From the NCBI GenBank assembly GCA_051362555.1, contig CM120640.1, positions 57,762,788 through 57,826,787 on the forward strand: 64,000 nt of DNA, written 5' to 3'. Source of the DNA: Lingula anatina (Eukaryota; Animalia; Brachiopoda). This document shows, one piece after another, positions 23,465-37,651 of the stretch (the first letter of the stretch is position 1; every line of letters begins with the position of its first letter). Both the position numbers and the translations under genes were made by a program. The notes under the pieces are model-generated. The model did not search any database, was not told the origin of the DNA, and saw only the letters and a list, made by a program, of their open reading frames with translations.

Positions 23465-26400
23465 GTATAATACTGTGATTATAGATATCCATGTTTTGAT
23501 ATTTTTTCTATCAGACTATCTCGCTGAAAAACTAGCATAACATCTGTTTAAATTAAAATTGGTTGGACTTGGTAATATGCTGGTAATTAAGTATTTGATT
23601 AGTAATTTTCAGACTTTCTATTGTTATCTAAGATTTATTTGAATGGATAAAAGAATTTATTTACCCAAATAATCTTTTCTGTTACCTTCGAATGATTGGT
23701 ATTTTGATACATTAACTTATTTAAGGTAAGCGGATCGCCCACCAAATTCCAGATGAGATACTAAATGATGTTCAACTTCAGAAAGCTGTCCAGCAGGTAT
23801 TGTTTGTTTCAAGCTCTTGCTTGTATATAATTACTAAGTAACATTTTGCCAAAGTATATTAATTTTCTTTTTATGATTTCGATGAGTAGTAATTTGATAA
23901 ATGGTATGTAAATATAAATGTACTTTTATATTTTTTTCTTGTTATTTGCAGCTTCCAGCCAATTACAATTTCGAAATATATAAAACTGTTTGGAGGATAC
24001 GTAGTGCACAAGCTAAAAGAGGTAGGATAACACGGATTTGCTATAAAGCAGAACTTGACTGTGTTTTTATCACTAACTGGGCTATTTATCATTTGTTGTG
24101 AAGAAATTCTCTTTTCTGATTGGTTAAGCCTGCATGATGTTGATCTTTGCCCATATTTTCAATTTAAATAATCAATCCATTGACTGGTATCAGGCCTAAA
24201 AAATTGCTTTGGTTGTTTTTATCCTTGTCAGGTATAAGCCACCTGCATGTTTCTTCCATCTGTCCAGGTCTTGAGCTATCCTCTCTAGCTCTTTCCAACT
24301 TCAGACTAGTCTCTTGGTTTTGGCCTCCAAGTCATGATGCCAGGTGTAACATGGCTTACCCCACCTCCTTTCTCCTGTTGGATGCAATATGAATCATGAA
24401 TAAGTGATGAATTAGTTATTCCATATTTGTTTAAAGGATTGTATACCATTTGACAACCACATCCTAAAGGCCATATGATACATATAAACCTGTATATGCA
24501 GCACTTAATAATTTGTCTGTAAGAAAAATATATTTCCTATTTGTCAGGATATGCTTGTTTCTTTAATACAGTGTGATCAACCCAACAACAAACAAAAACA
24601 TCCTTAATGAGCTATACATTATTTCCATCAAGTGTTGATATATTATTGGCAGAAATTTAGAAAGAAGTGACTTATTGTATTGTAGTGGCCCTGCAGTTTC
24701 CAGAGGGACTACTATTGTTTGCTTGTCCAATTGCTGATATCATTGAAAGGTTGGTAAGATTTTTTAGGAATCATTGAGTTACTGATATTGAAATCAGCTT
24801 GTGTTATCCTTTAAAGAAGCTGATAATAGATTTAAGATGAATTCAAAAGAGTACAAAAATGTATATCAAATAAGTTTTAGTTTTGTATTTTATCTATTTT
24901 CAATAAAAATGTGGTTCTGTAATATGTGGCATGGCTTTTGATTCTTAATTGTAGTACCAGGCATAAGAGTGCATAAGATTTTTTTTCCATATAGATTTAC
25001 AGATGCAGATACCTTGATTATGGGGGATGTCACATATGGTGCTTGCTGTGTGGATGATTACACTGCCAAGGCTCTTGGTGCAGACTTTCTTGTGCACTAT
25101 GGACATAGCTGTTTAAGTATGTGAACACAGTAATCACCAAAAGTTTGAATACTTACTTGTAGCATCTGTGACTCAAAAACATTTGAAGTATAAACATTTA
25201 TAGTTTAGAGGATTCCACCCTTCTTATCAATTTGACAAAAAAAAAAATATATATATATATATATATTAAGTGATGTGAACTTGTATTGCATCGGTTGTTG
25301 GTATAACATTTTGTATAATTGTATTTTAGTGAGGAGCAAATAAGTATTAAGTAGACATTTCTTATTAAATACTTGTCATTTGAAGATTGTATTAGTTTAG
25401 TAGGTTAGTGCTTTTCTTTTGACAGTGAGTCAACAATAGTTGAATGATGATTATATATAATTGATTGCCTTTTGTTTTTCAAGTACCAATTGACACACAT
25501 GAAGGCGTCAGAATGCTGTATGTTTTTGTTGACATCAAAATTGACCTGGATCATTTTATACAAACTGTAAAATACAACTTTGAGCCTGGTTCATCCCTGG
25601 CCTTGGTCAGCACAATTCAGTTTGTTGCTGCAATCCAGGTAAAATTGAAAATTATGTATATTTTAGCCTACATTGTTTAAAATGACAGAATGTCATGTAT
25701 GTTTAGGTTCTGGAAATTCAAATTACAATAAACTAAAGCAAATAATCTAACTTTGTCTGATTAATAAGTTTTTACTACTTTAACGTACTTAGGCCCTTCA
25801 CCCTTTTACTATTATAAAAATGTTAAAACATAAATGCTGTATTATGTTTTGATTTTATTATTGTAAGAGTAAAATGAGATATATTGAAGTTGATCTATAT
25901 CAGGCATCATCTCAGCAACTAAACTCTGAATATAAAGTTACCATCCCTCAGTCCAAACCTTTGTCTCCTGGTGAAATCCTTGGCTGTACCTCCCCAAGAC
26001 TTGAAGATATAGATGTTATTATGTAAGTATTTAGTATGCTTAAATCCCATACACTATCATGTAATATTGTCAAATAAGAAAAATGTGATAGCTGTGTTTG
26101 AACTATTTTAATTAAAAAATCTTAAAATCTTCTATTTTAAAATCTTAAAGACTTGATGCTTCTAAGCACATATTTAGAAGGATATATTATTAATTCGTAA
26201 TGTTAAATCAGGACATCAATTTTTCTTAAGATAATTTTAGAATGTAAAATATAATTGTTTTTAGAGTTGACACGTTTCTATTTTCAGTTATCTTGGTGAT
26301 GGAAGATTTCATTTAGAATCCATTATGATTTCAAATCCTGAGATCCCAGCTTATAGGTAAGACAAGGGTCATACTAAGCGTTTGTATGTGTGTGTGTGCA

Positions 26401-27876
26401 TGAGTGTTTCTTGGTAATTGTGCTAAAAAAACAATAGCAATGGACCAAAGCAAAAACAATTGACCATAGCTGTTGATTTGCTTTATAACTTTTTATATTT
26501 TGAAGGTATGATCCCTACAGCAAAGTTTTCTCTAGAGAACATTATGATACAGAAAAAATGCTTCAGATGAGAAAAAGTGCAATAGATGTAGCTAGTAAAG
26601 CTAAGAAGTTTGGTATAATACTAGGGACTTTGGGGAGACAAGGATCTACACAAGTATTTGAGGTATTTAAGGTTACAAATAATTTGTTAGATTTTAATTG
26701 TTAATTTGATTGTTAATTTGTTAGAGCTTAATTGTTACTGAACTACATAAAATGTTACGGCAGTTAGCTAATTGAATATTTTCTCATAAATTTCTTATAA
26801 ATTTTGGTGCAAAGGAGCACAAATGACTGTTGTTACTTTTGCCGTTTTAATTTAAAAAACTGTTTATGTTTTAGTCAACCTTTTTGGATATATATACTAA
26901 TGTTGCCAATTTTAGCTTTTGGGCCATGTTTAATGGCAATCATTTTATTGACTTGCCAGGTTTTAAAATCGATTCATTATCATTTCAGAATATACAAAAA
27001 AGGATTGAGGAAGTTGGTAAAGAATATGTTCTGGTGCTGCTGTCTGAAGTTTTCCCAGATAAATTGAGGATGTTCAGTGATGTTGATGCGTAAGATGTTT
27101 ATAGGGGTTTACAAAAACAACAGTAATACAATAATGTTGAACATTAATTCATGTGAATTACTTTCTTGTCATCTTGAGAGTTCAATTAGTAATTTATATA
27201 ATATTATTCCCTTTTTTAAAAAATGAATTTTGACTTTTGAATAACAAGAAGTTTAGTTGAAGTAAACAAAGATTATTCATTTTCAGTTGGGTCCAGGTAG
27301 CATGTCCCAGGCTGTCAATAGATTGGGGAACAGCTTTCGACAAACCGTTGTTAACTCCATATGAGGTAAGTGGGCTCCATGTCTGCTGTTAATAAGATTA
27401 TGCATCATACTTAGTGGTTTTTTTTGTGCCTTTTTCTAAAATGCATAAAGCACCTTTTGGTTTAAAATCTTTGGCTTTAAGGTGCTTTAATTACTATAAA
27501 CATTAAATAGTCATGTTAAAGTAAAATGGAAAGTTAACACAACTTCTATCCTGTGTAATATGTGCTTTCAATTGATGTTTAGGTCTCTGTTGCACTGGAC
27601 AGTGTTGCATGGCAGCAAAGGTATCCAATGGATTATTATGCAAATTCAAGTTTAGGGCAATGGACCGTCAATCATGAAGCTAACAGGCCATCCAGAACGA
27701 GAAAAAGAATACCCAGAACTGATGAAATAAGTAATAAAAGGGTTGAATCTCAAAAACAGACAAATTTAAATGAAACGCCAAGCTCTGCAGATAAAGAAAA
27801 GCGGTCTAGGTCACCAGGTTGTGAAGGAACGTGCGACAAGTGCAAAGATAAACAGAAAGAACCTGAAATTTATTAG
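21925..27876 (+). CDS. DPH1: Diphthamide biosynthesis protein 1
   Basis: Exons 21925-21991, 23726-23796, 23952-24021, 24686-24749, 24995-25116, 25484-25638, 25904-26022, 26288-26356, 26506-26662, 26989-27089, 27287-27365, 27583-27876. Motifs [65 protein letters not shown]. Confidence 0.95.
22830..23462 (+). mobile_element. 5'-truncated CR1/L2-group LINE remnant in DPH1 intron 1
   Basis: RT C-terminal region [17 protein letters not shown]...[13 protein letters not shown] with downstream stops, then AATAAA and an (ATT)n tail at ~23420-23462. Confidence 0.8.
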
Positions 27877-28418
27877 AGAATGATTAAATGGTCTATGTAA
27901 AAAGATTGTAACTCACAGCTTCTATTATTCAGAAAGTGTTTAAAAGGCCAGTGCCTCTTCATGCTTTTGAGGGGAGACACCAAGAAAACACAAAACTTGA
28001 TGCCTTCATTCCAATGTGAAAACTGAAAAGCTCATCAACTTATAAAAAAAGCAAACTGTGCACCAACTTAGAAAGTTTATATCACATCTTTTGCTACCTT
28101 TTTTTGCAGGGATCAGGATGCAGTTGTACTTGCTTGATAATGTAAAGTAAACATATTGTTTCAGTTTTCTAAAATGTTTTATTACTCCTAGTTTTACACT
28201 GCAAACACACAGTGAGATAAAGACTGTTAAGAGGAAAACAACATTTCAACAAAAGTATGAAAGTCGATATTTGCATACTATGGCTTTTTGTGACCGTCAC
28301 ATCAAAGAGTTGTTACTTTGAAGTACAAAACATTGACAATGAAATTGGTCACGTTAATTGCTGCCTTTGATAAAAACAAATTATATCACCAGGAGCTTCA
28401 TTAAAACATAGCAACTTC

Positions 28419-29945
28419 TCAGTCTCTCTTAGCAATTCTCTCTGATCTCCTAGAAGGTGAATGGTGCCGTGGCACGTGTGTGAAGTGACCATGCATCCCA
28501 TAATTCTCCTCCTTCACCATGAAAACCAGTAGCAATACAGGAATGATACCAAAGGGGAGAATGGTTGTGATCAGCCGTTGTCTTTCTTCAGAAGTAGTTG
28601 GTCCAGGGTATTTTTGCTTGCTGAAGTCGTGCATGAAGAGATGGTACATATAGGCTACCATCATGGTCAACACATGAGTGGCATAGATGATTGATGGAAT
28701 GCGGATCCAGCGCTGCTTACCTGAGATAAAAATGAACTGACATAATGTGAATAAATTTATCAATATCACAATGAAAACCAATTATAATTAAAAATCTATA
28801 CGTACCAGATCTTTTGACTTATAAAACAACACTCACTAAGAATAAATAATAAATAATAATTTTAATTTCGCAAAATAATGTGGCTAATAAAGTTGATGTC
28901 CTAAAGATGAGGGTTAATGAAATACGTATATGGTAAATATGATAAAAAACTCAAAAAATACAAAAAAAAAAAAAAAATAGTAATAATAAAAATTTATAAC
29001 ATATTTCCAACCTTTGTAAAATGCATATGCTGCCACAAAGCTAAAAGGTACCAGGAAGAGCTGCTCACACCATGCAAAGGCCTGCAGCCACTCTGGAGGA
29101 TTTAAAGGTAATGGATCTTTGTAGTGCTCTGTATACCATACCAGAACCTTTGGCACCTGAAAAGATGAATGAAATAAAATACTTAATGCTCAAACTCTAA
29201 TCTTTGATTAATGATTTTTAAAATAAATTATTTCTAATAATTTTAGGACCTTTTTGACTTTCATGTAAGACCTCATTGACAAACCTGAGATACCCAGATT
29301 GCTTTTGTTGCGGAAGTTCATTATTTCATGACACCTAACGCATTACAAGTAGATCTGCAGTAAGTGCGTGAATACCTTCATAAGAAATTTTAAAATTTTG
29401 TCAAGCCAACCAAAAACAAATTAGTCTGGCCAATGTCGATTACGGAATATGCTAAATCAGGGGAAAGTTTACAACATTAATAACTCAAGTGACATCAATC
29501 TGTCATAAAATGACTTTCCATGGAGTCGTCCGTACCAGTCAGTCAACTACAGTTCACGGTCACAGAGGTAGCCTGCCGCATTCACAGCAAACTGGCAGAA
29601 AAAAGAGCCATAACACGTGAGACGGTCTGCGACAAATGTGCCACGCCCTCTCACATAGTTCATTTTTTCAATGTGTTCGCAGTTGATAAAGTGTCATTTC
29701 TAAAAATTGATTATATAAAAGTAAACGGTTAACCATACGCCTGCTGTTGAGAGCATATTATGCGATACGTGGCTTTCAGTCTGAATAAACACAATCGAAC
29801 AGGACAGGCTAACCAACATCGAAGTGCAACTTACAAATTCTGGATACAGCCATTTCGGATATACCATGAAAGAATCGAAGACTAGTCCCCAGACGGCAGA
29901 GAAACCGAAGAAGACACAAAATATCCACTCAAATATGCGTATCAT
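28419..29945 (-). CDS. TMEM97: TMEM97/sigma-2 receptor-like EXPERA protein, copy A (divergent)
   Basis: Exons 29945-29835 (111 nt), 29156-29012 (145 nt), 28720-28419; EW...D...LYP / WY...KDP...PP.W...CEQ / WIRIPSIIY.TH. Confidence 0.85.
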
Positions 29946-30646
29946 CTCTGACTTCACTGGTAACCTTCCTCGTTACCATAGGTCACAGTTGCGAGTTCAT
30001 TCCAGGTCAACTCGCGTACCGTACAGTCTGACATGTCGACACCTGGCGACCAAATTTTTTTTTTTTAGCGCGATGCATGGTGTTATTATTCGAAGTGGTT
30101 ATTGTTGTAAAGTAGGGACAAATAGCATATAATGCAGTTATTGCGTCTTGATGACAACCACAACAGACTGCAATGGGGACAGGGGGTGGGGTGAATTCCT
30201 TTATATTACAGAAATAGTAAAAGAAGATGCAATTTGCAGAATTTATTTCTAATGATTATTATTCAGTGTACACTGCCATTAATTAAAAAAATCAATATCA
30301 AATCAACAAACGAGTGAAAAATAAATAAATCTGTATGACACTATAAAAATATTTTAATTGAAGCCTGCCCATGTGGCAAAACATTGCATGAAAGGTAAAG
30401 TTTCTATAAATGCAAAAAATATTTAATATACATTCATTATACTACAATATTTAAATTTTTGATTTCCTAGCCCAAGTGTTCATAGTTTTAGGATATTTTA
30501 ATTTTTTAAAATCCCATGCATGACCACATTACTATTTCACAATAAATTTTTATTTAAAAAGTCAGTGATGTATATTATTCTCAATATAAAATACACGATT
30601 AATCTATTGGGCATGTGCATAGTCAACCAAGCATGATCGCTAATTA

Positions 30647-30824
30647 CAGACATGCTGAAAACGCTTTGTGTTTTATATAATTTTTTTAGTGAAGTATGTC
30701 AAATGATGACTGTAAATTCTTAAAACTCTTGTCGGTCCTGTGGACAGACCAAGTCCAATTTTCTACCGATCCAGACAAATTTTCCCGGTCATGACCGATC
30801 GGACCGGCAGTTTCAGCATGTCTG
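30647..30824. mobile_element. Short MITE
   Basis: 14-bp TIRs CAGACATGCTGAAA / TTTCAGCATGTCTG flanked by TAATTA on both sides. Confidence 0.75.
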
Positions 30825-31784
30825 TAATTAACAGAACATAATATATGTACTTTCTTAAAAAAGATCACACAATTTACTGTCAACTTCTTTATAATGTCAC
30901 TCACAAAATTCAAACAGTCCTACGCACATTTAGCAAATCTAATTAATTTATTATCATAAAATGTACATTGCCTCTAACAAAGGTGACCCAATTTAGGTGT
31001 TCTGTTTGTTCTTTGGATGCTAGAACATAAATGTACACAAAAGGCCTTGGAATTTGCAGCATCAGGATTTAACAAATGTAGATTCACTAAAAACTTGCAT
31101 GGACTCAGTAAACTGACATCAGCAATGAACAAGTACAACATATCTAGGAATGTTAAGAAGTGCAAAGAAACTCCAGGAGCTATGGATGCTCACCTGGTAT
31201 GATGTACAGTTGACTTGAATGAAGAAAGGAAGATTGTACTTGAATGATGTTTCTACTATTAAAACAGCAGAATGCATATCATCAATAGCTGTTTGGCTGG
31301 CAAATAACATACGTGCAACTTTAATTACTAGTAGTTAAAACTAGAAAGAGGACAAAATTTAATAAATGTAAAATTAGATACTCTACTCGTACTCGTACAG
31401 TACTCATATACAGCAGCAATCTGAGTTTATTATATAAATTTTTTCTGAACTTCACCTCAATATTCAATAAGTGATACACATAAAAACACACCCTTATTAA
31501 TAAAATCCAATAATTCTAAAATATGAAATTGTGTCACCAAATAGAACTGCTCATTATTATGATACTTATGAATAACTTGGACATGAAAACAAATATAAAA
31601 ATGTCTTGCTCATCATCCTTCTACATTCATGTAGACATCTTTACCAATAATTTGGCTTGCAAATCATTTTTTTTTTTTGCATACCTAAACAATCAACACA
31701 AGTAAATTTACAATTACAACTGTGCTATATTAACTATCAGCATGCAATTCTAAACGTTCTCTTTCACTAACATCAACTTCAGGA

Positions 31785-32930
31785 CTATTTTTTCTTAAGT
31801 CTAAGTGATCTCCTTGGTTCTGGTTGAAGAGGACCTTTAATACTTGCATGTGATCCATAACCCTCATCTGCCACCATGACAGTAAGAAGCAAGAGTGGTA
31901 TGACAAAGAATGGCAGATAGATACTAATCAAAGTCAATCTTTCCATCATAGTGCTGGGTCCTGGATACTTTGACTGGCTGAAATCATGCATTGCAATGTG
32001 GTACAAGATGGCAACCAATGTAGTTACAACATGTGCAGAATAAATGATGGCTGGCATCCTTACCCATCCACAATTTCCTGTAAAAAATTTAAAAACATAC
32101 CAGCAATAAAGTAACTCATAACTACTGGCACAGCAATATCCACTAGTTCCTTATAATTACAAAAGGAATAAGTGTCCTAACAATATGTAAGCAGTATGAC
32201 AACAAGTCAAAAATGTGAAAAACATTCCACTTAGAAAACCACAATTTGCACAAAAGTACAAAATACTACAAAGAAAGAAACAAGGCAGCAAAGCTGTCAA
32301 ATGTACAGACAAAAAGCAGAAAATAACAATGCACAAAATAGGCTACTGTCAATTCTAATGCAAAAGTACATTATGCTTAACTGCAAATTCAACATCAAAT
32401 TTTAATTATGCTCAACAGGTTATACCAATGTTAGTAAAATGTGTAACAAGCATAAGGCTTCAGGCCCGTGGGGGTTCAAGTTCACACTTTGAAAATGCCA
32501 GAATGAGAAAAATGAAAATTTCACACACAATTGCATAAATTCAATAATAAATGATAACCCAACTGAGCTGGTTTTCTAATTTGAACTGCATGCTAATCCT
32601 AAAAATCATACTTGTAAGTTAAAAATAATATTACTGTGCTAAATTCCTGGAATGAAACCAGTGTCCCCTGTAAGTTACTAGCAAGTGAGTAATACAGCTA
32701 GATTTCCAATGGCAATCACACATCTCACTTAATCATACACCACTTGATAAATTCAATACATAAGCAAAAAGTAAAGTATATGTACCTTTATAAAATGCAT
32801 AGGCTGCTGCAAAAAAGAAAGGCAACTGCAGGAACTGTTCACACATACAAAATGCCTGGTACCATGCAGGAGGCTCGAGCATCATGGGGTCTTTCATGGT
32901 CTTCCCATACCAAGACACAGCATCTTTCAC
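31785..32930 (-). CDS. TMEM97: TMEM97-like exons 2+3, module B (no own exon 1 found)
   Basis: Exons 32930-32786 (145 nt) and 32077-31785, intact and with canonical splice sites; KDPMMLEPPAWY...CEQFLQLPFF, C-terminus KKK. Confidence 0.85.
32279..32630 (+). mobile_element. 5' fragment of the HINE-like element
   Basis: Near-identical to 43934-44285. Confidence 0.8.
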
Positions 32931-33164
32931 CTAAGTTAAATTCATAGATAGAAAGTTAAGTCAATCAGCTGGATAGTGTGAATTTTGTGACAGAGTTGAG
33001 GGTACAAATGCCTCTGTCTGCAATGTCCACCTATTGCAGAGTGTAAGACCTTTGTCAACCTTAGCATATGCTTATATGTATTTATCTGCAGATCCAGCAA
33101 TTCAAGAAATATCTATGGCGGTACTTCTTTTAATATTTTTAATACTAACTTCAGTGCTAGACTA

Positions 33165-33202
<38 letters not shown>

Positions 33203-33226
33203 GTTTTTAGTTCAATGTGAGTTAAC

Positions 33227-33402
33227 GGGGGCGTCTCGATAGTCCGAAGGTTCATTGGTCCGAAGGTTCATTGGTCCGAAAAATGGTAACATTTTCATCG
33301 ATTTTTTTTAATCAAGGGTTCATTGGTCCGAAGGTTCTATAGTGAACATTCGGACCAATGAACCTTCGGACTATTGAACCTTCGGACTATCGCTACGGCC
33401 CC
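33227..33402. mobile_element. Foldback-type MITE with GGTCCGAAGGTTCATT subrepeats
   Basis: GGGGGCGTCTCGATAGTCCGAAGG / CCTTCGGACTATCGCTACGGCCCC termini; GAGTTAAC flanks both sides (8-bp TSD). Confidence 0.8.
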
Positions 33403-34769
33403 GAGTTAACATGGGCCTTACTTATAGTAACTTATAGTAACTGGCTCGCGCTGCCAGTAATTACGCCATGGGACATTCAGGGCACAGACCGTGATCACAA
33501 GATATACCGCGAATAGAAAATAGATTTTTAGAAAATAGACTTTCCATGTGAACGAAGCCTTAGACTGTCCCTTTATTTAAATTTTTGTCAGAAATTTAAC
33601 CTATTTATGTGAACTACTTTTCTGCCCCATTCATGTACAGCATAGAAAGCTAGCAGAAAAACTGTTCAACTTTCATTTTTGGGTAATATTAAGCAATGTC
33701 TTTTTGTAATTCTCTTATAGTTATACTATTTGAAACTATATACTGGCATTTGGTTGGTTATTATGGCAAAAATTGACTTCATATGCACCTTTTAAAGTTA
33801 ATTTTGGTGTGTTAAAGCATTTTTAACGGGTCTTGTGTTTTTTAAATCTATTATCAGTTTTAAATAATGAACATTACAGTTTTGAGTTGACAGTTGAGTG
33901 AAATGTCAACTATTGAAAGTTTGACGTAAATATTCTGTTTATTTAGTGAGTTACTTCTAGTATTCGTAAATCACCAAGTAAAAAAGGGGAGGAGGCATCC
34001 TGCCATTAAAACAGGAGGATATTATAAAAACCACTTTCCATGCCACACAAAGCAAAGAGCTGTCTGTTGTCAACATTGTTACTATTTCAATGTACGTCCT
34101 GCTAAGTAAGGCATGATAGTTTGTTACTCAAGTGTCACGCCACGGAACGGTCAAAGTGCGGAAAAGCCTCGATCATAAAAATATGTATACAGAAATTCTG
34201 CAAGCTGTAGTTAACTTACAAATGTTGGGTACATCCATCCAGGATATACAGCTTGTGAATCAAACAATATTCCAATTGGGATGTGGACAACAAAATAAAG
34301 GAAAAATATCCACTCCAAAACACGCGGCATTTTGGTAGCAACTCTCTAAAAAAAGGAGTATATTACAGTCAAGACGAGCCAGTGTTATTTTCCAAGAGGC
34401 GAATCACTTTTGCCCTCAAAATCATAGATCTAACGTCTTTTTCATCTGTACAATATTAATTGAGTGTTATAGAATGTAATTCGTCAACGGGTTTTGATTT
34501 AAAAAGTTAAGGTATTTCTTTCACCATTTAATTATCTGTGATTGAAACTGTCCCAAAGCAATATTTTTGTCATTATAACTTTCAAAGCACTTTGCAAAGC
34601 TGTGTCTTTCCAAATCAAGACCTTAAAATGATAAAACTGCAAATGAAAGTAGATATTGTTGATTTTTCACTGTGACGGTTAATGTTTCAACCTAAATTAT
34701 CTTTCAAATTTAGTAGAAAGCTTAAAATCCAAGTGTAGGGATGATTGGTAGAAAATACCCTTTTTATTT

Positions 34770-34804
<35 letters not shown>

Positions 34805-34807
34805 TTT
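34770..34807. repeat. (TTTA)n microsatellite
   Basis: Direct reading. Confidence 0.85.
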
Positions 34808-34909
34808 TTTGAAGAAGAAGAATGTGGTTTGTCTGGAAAATCATGGATAGGATAATGTTATTATTTTAAAAATTAATTAATTTTTATTAATTGCTAAATC
34901 AAGATATAA

Positions 34910-36088
34910 GTACAATGTTAAGCTGTCAAAGAGTTCGCTTTTCTTTGCTTTTCACCCAAAATTGTAATGAGCTGTATGTCAATTCTAAGAATCTTTCTTA
35001 TAAGTTAAAAAAAATAACACAATTTTCTTTTCATAATGTTTGTGGTGGCAGCTAGTGCACAAAGTAGGTTTTTGTCAATTTTGATGCAATATAATGTAAT
35101 GATTAATGGTATAATTACCACGGATTTTTAATTATCTACTACAATGAATATGGACCTTTAAAAAATTTGATGACCATTCAAGACTGTGGGAGTTTTAAGT
35201 AAATGCCAATATGTGAAAAAAGAAAATTTCACAAAAATGTATAACTTCCAGAAAAAAAGTCAATTAGACTGGTTTTTCATTTGAAGCTGTATTTTAGTCC
35301 TTTGTTTCTTTCCTGTAAGTTTGAGAAAAGTGACATGCTCTTCCCTTAATGGTCACTCTGGCAGCAGAATAGGCCAAAATAGGGTTTTCTTCAATTTTGA
35401 TGCAATATTATGTAATGCTTAACAGCAAAATCACCACCAATCTTTTTTGCACTGCAGGTAGCATAGCTATTTAGAAAATGTGACTAGCAAAGGCCTTCAG
35501 GCCCATGGAACTTCAAAGACCCCATTCCCAGAGATTAGATTGATCCAAACTAGATCGACCTAACTCCCTGGGGGTTCACGCTAATAGCTGTTAGCCGAGG
35601 GGGCACGAAAGTTAATTACCCCCTTACAGCTTGTAGTAGGCCGGATGGACATTTAAGCCGGATTATCTGACAGTAATCTAGTGAGACTCCCCACGGGGAT
35701 AGATCGATCTAAATGTCTGGGAATACGCCCAAAGTCACACCTTGAAAATGCCAAAATGTACACAAAAGATAACTGTACTGGAATGAGCTTATTTCCATTT
35801 TTAAGCATTTTTTAAAACAAAAAATGCAATTATTAACTTACTGTCATTTTTATATGATCAACTAACGGATATTGTTGAGAAGAGAAAAAATATCACTACA
35901 CATTTTTAAATGCCAATTTGCTCCATTCTGAGATTCTGAACATAGTGAACGATTGAATCTGACAAACTGAAATGATATGAGTTTATTTTAATTTTTGACA
36001 CTTTATTACACAATACACAATAACAGGTTTACCATCACTTTTATATAATCAACTAAAAATATTGTTAAGATGCAAAAAATGTCAACAG
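34910..36088 (+). mobile_element. Truncated HINE-like element (internal units)
   Basis: Colinear with 44290-45150 and ~11000-12265; breaks off at ~36088. Confidence 0.75.
35519..35730. mobile_element. Small inverted-repeat insertion in a HINE unit
   Basis: ATTCCCAGAGATTAGATTGATC / GATCGATCTAAATGTCTGGGAAT; interrupts the host motif CTTCAAAG^TCACACC with AAAG repeated. Confidence 0.65.
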
Positions 36089-36089
36089 T

Positions 36090-37651
36090 ATGATAAGGTT
36101 TATTTGGGTTCAAAGCTGAGGGACTGTGAAAGTATTCTATTCACACTTATTTGAATGAAGTCGAAAAAAAAAAAAAAGATGTGTTGGCATTCATTAGGTG
36201 TGTGTGAAAGTTATCTTCCAGAGTTTCTCAATGGAAAGTAAAAGAGATACACGTGAAAAAATGTTATTTTGACTAGCAATTTGTAATAAATATCTGATTG
36301 AAATTGAATAAAGCAACCTTTTTGATTTTGGAACTGAGACGGCAGTTCTGTTGTTACTGACACCGACATCTCTCGCTGATAACTTTTAATTGTAACTGTT
36401 AAAAGGAAAGATCCCGGAAAAAATGAAAAAATTTACACCAAGAGAAACAAGAAGTTTTACGGCTGCAAACAGAAAAACTGAAAGAGACAGCTTAAAAGAC
36501 AAACTAAGATCAATCAGTGGGGATGTTGGTGCGTCAGTAGAAGAAACTGTTAATATAAGTCCACAGCTGCCATGGGCAACAGCAACTTCAATGACAGAAA
36601 CTTTGCCTTAGCCAACCTACACAAGTATGCTGCAGTCGACCAAACATTCCTTACCGCAAGCCAGCAGTCAAGAGCCCACAGTTCCCATGAGTGATCAGGC
36701 TACCGCCATGAATCCAAACGGACAACAAATGCCTATGAATCCTAACACTAAGCAATCACCAGGGCCTTCCCGTAGTCAGGACACCACCACATTGTCCAGT
36801 GAGCTTCAAACTCCAGTGAGTGCAAGAAATCCAGAACTAACAAAGACACAAGGTCCCCAAGTTCCAGATTTTTTTTACAAGAACTCCACTACCTACATCT
36901 AGAGCAACAGACAGGAATCACGTTTCTTTTCCAGTGACTTCTATAAGCCAACAAACAAGCCAACAAACTAGTGGAGAGCAAGTAAACACTTCTGTTATTA
37001 TTACTGTACCACAACATATAAGTCCACTTCCTTTCCTAGGAGAAGATAATGAAAATGGAAAAGACTGGCTGGATAATGACATTCAATATTGTAACTTATT
37101 GCAATATTCAAATGAACAAAAAGTAGCTCTTTTTCAATTTTTCATGTCCGGTAAGGCCAAGCAATGGTTTCTATCTTTAGAGGCCAATGTAAAAAATAGT
37201 TTTGATTCTATAGTAACACAATTCAAACAGAGATATGGTGAAAATAGTCTATCTACCAGAGCCAAAATGGTTCATTTATTTTCTTTAAAGCAAGGTAGTG
37301 AAAATGTACAAGACTATATAGCAACAATGATAAATCTAGGGAAAGATACAAATCTTCCTGAGGAACATCTCAAAATGGCCATCATAAATGGTCTAGATAT
37401 TGGAATTAGAACAACAGTGGTGCAGCAAAATCCAAGATCAATCAATGATTTGATAAAATATTCAGTTTTAGCAGAAAGTGCTGTCAAGGAAAATAACTCA
37501 GCTACCGTAAGTGCACTTGAGCACAGCAATGAGAGCAACGTGTTCGGAACAAACAGGTAGACGTGGCGCTTAAGTTGCAGAACGAGCGTGCTGCATGATT
37601 TTGAGTCCAGACCGCATGTTGATGTTTGCGATTACTGTACGAGCGCTAATG
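36090..37651 (+). mobile_element. Degenerate Ty3/Gypsy element: LTR-like leader, gag, start of integrase tail
   Basis: ORF 36934-37560 has capsid-like PFLGE..KDWL, GKAKQWF, FKQRY, LKQGSENVQDY, INGL; upstream frames broken by stops; AATAAA at ~36307. Confidence 0.75.

Noticed and set aside
30974-31310. Short ORFs between TMEM97 A and B
   Set aside because: Interrupted by stops, with no recognisable domain or splice structure.
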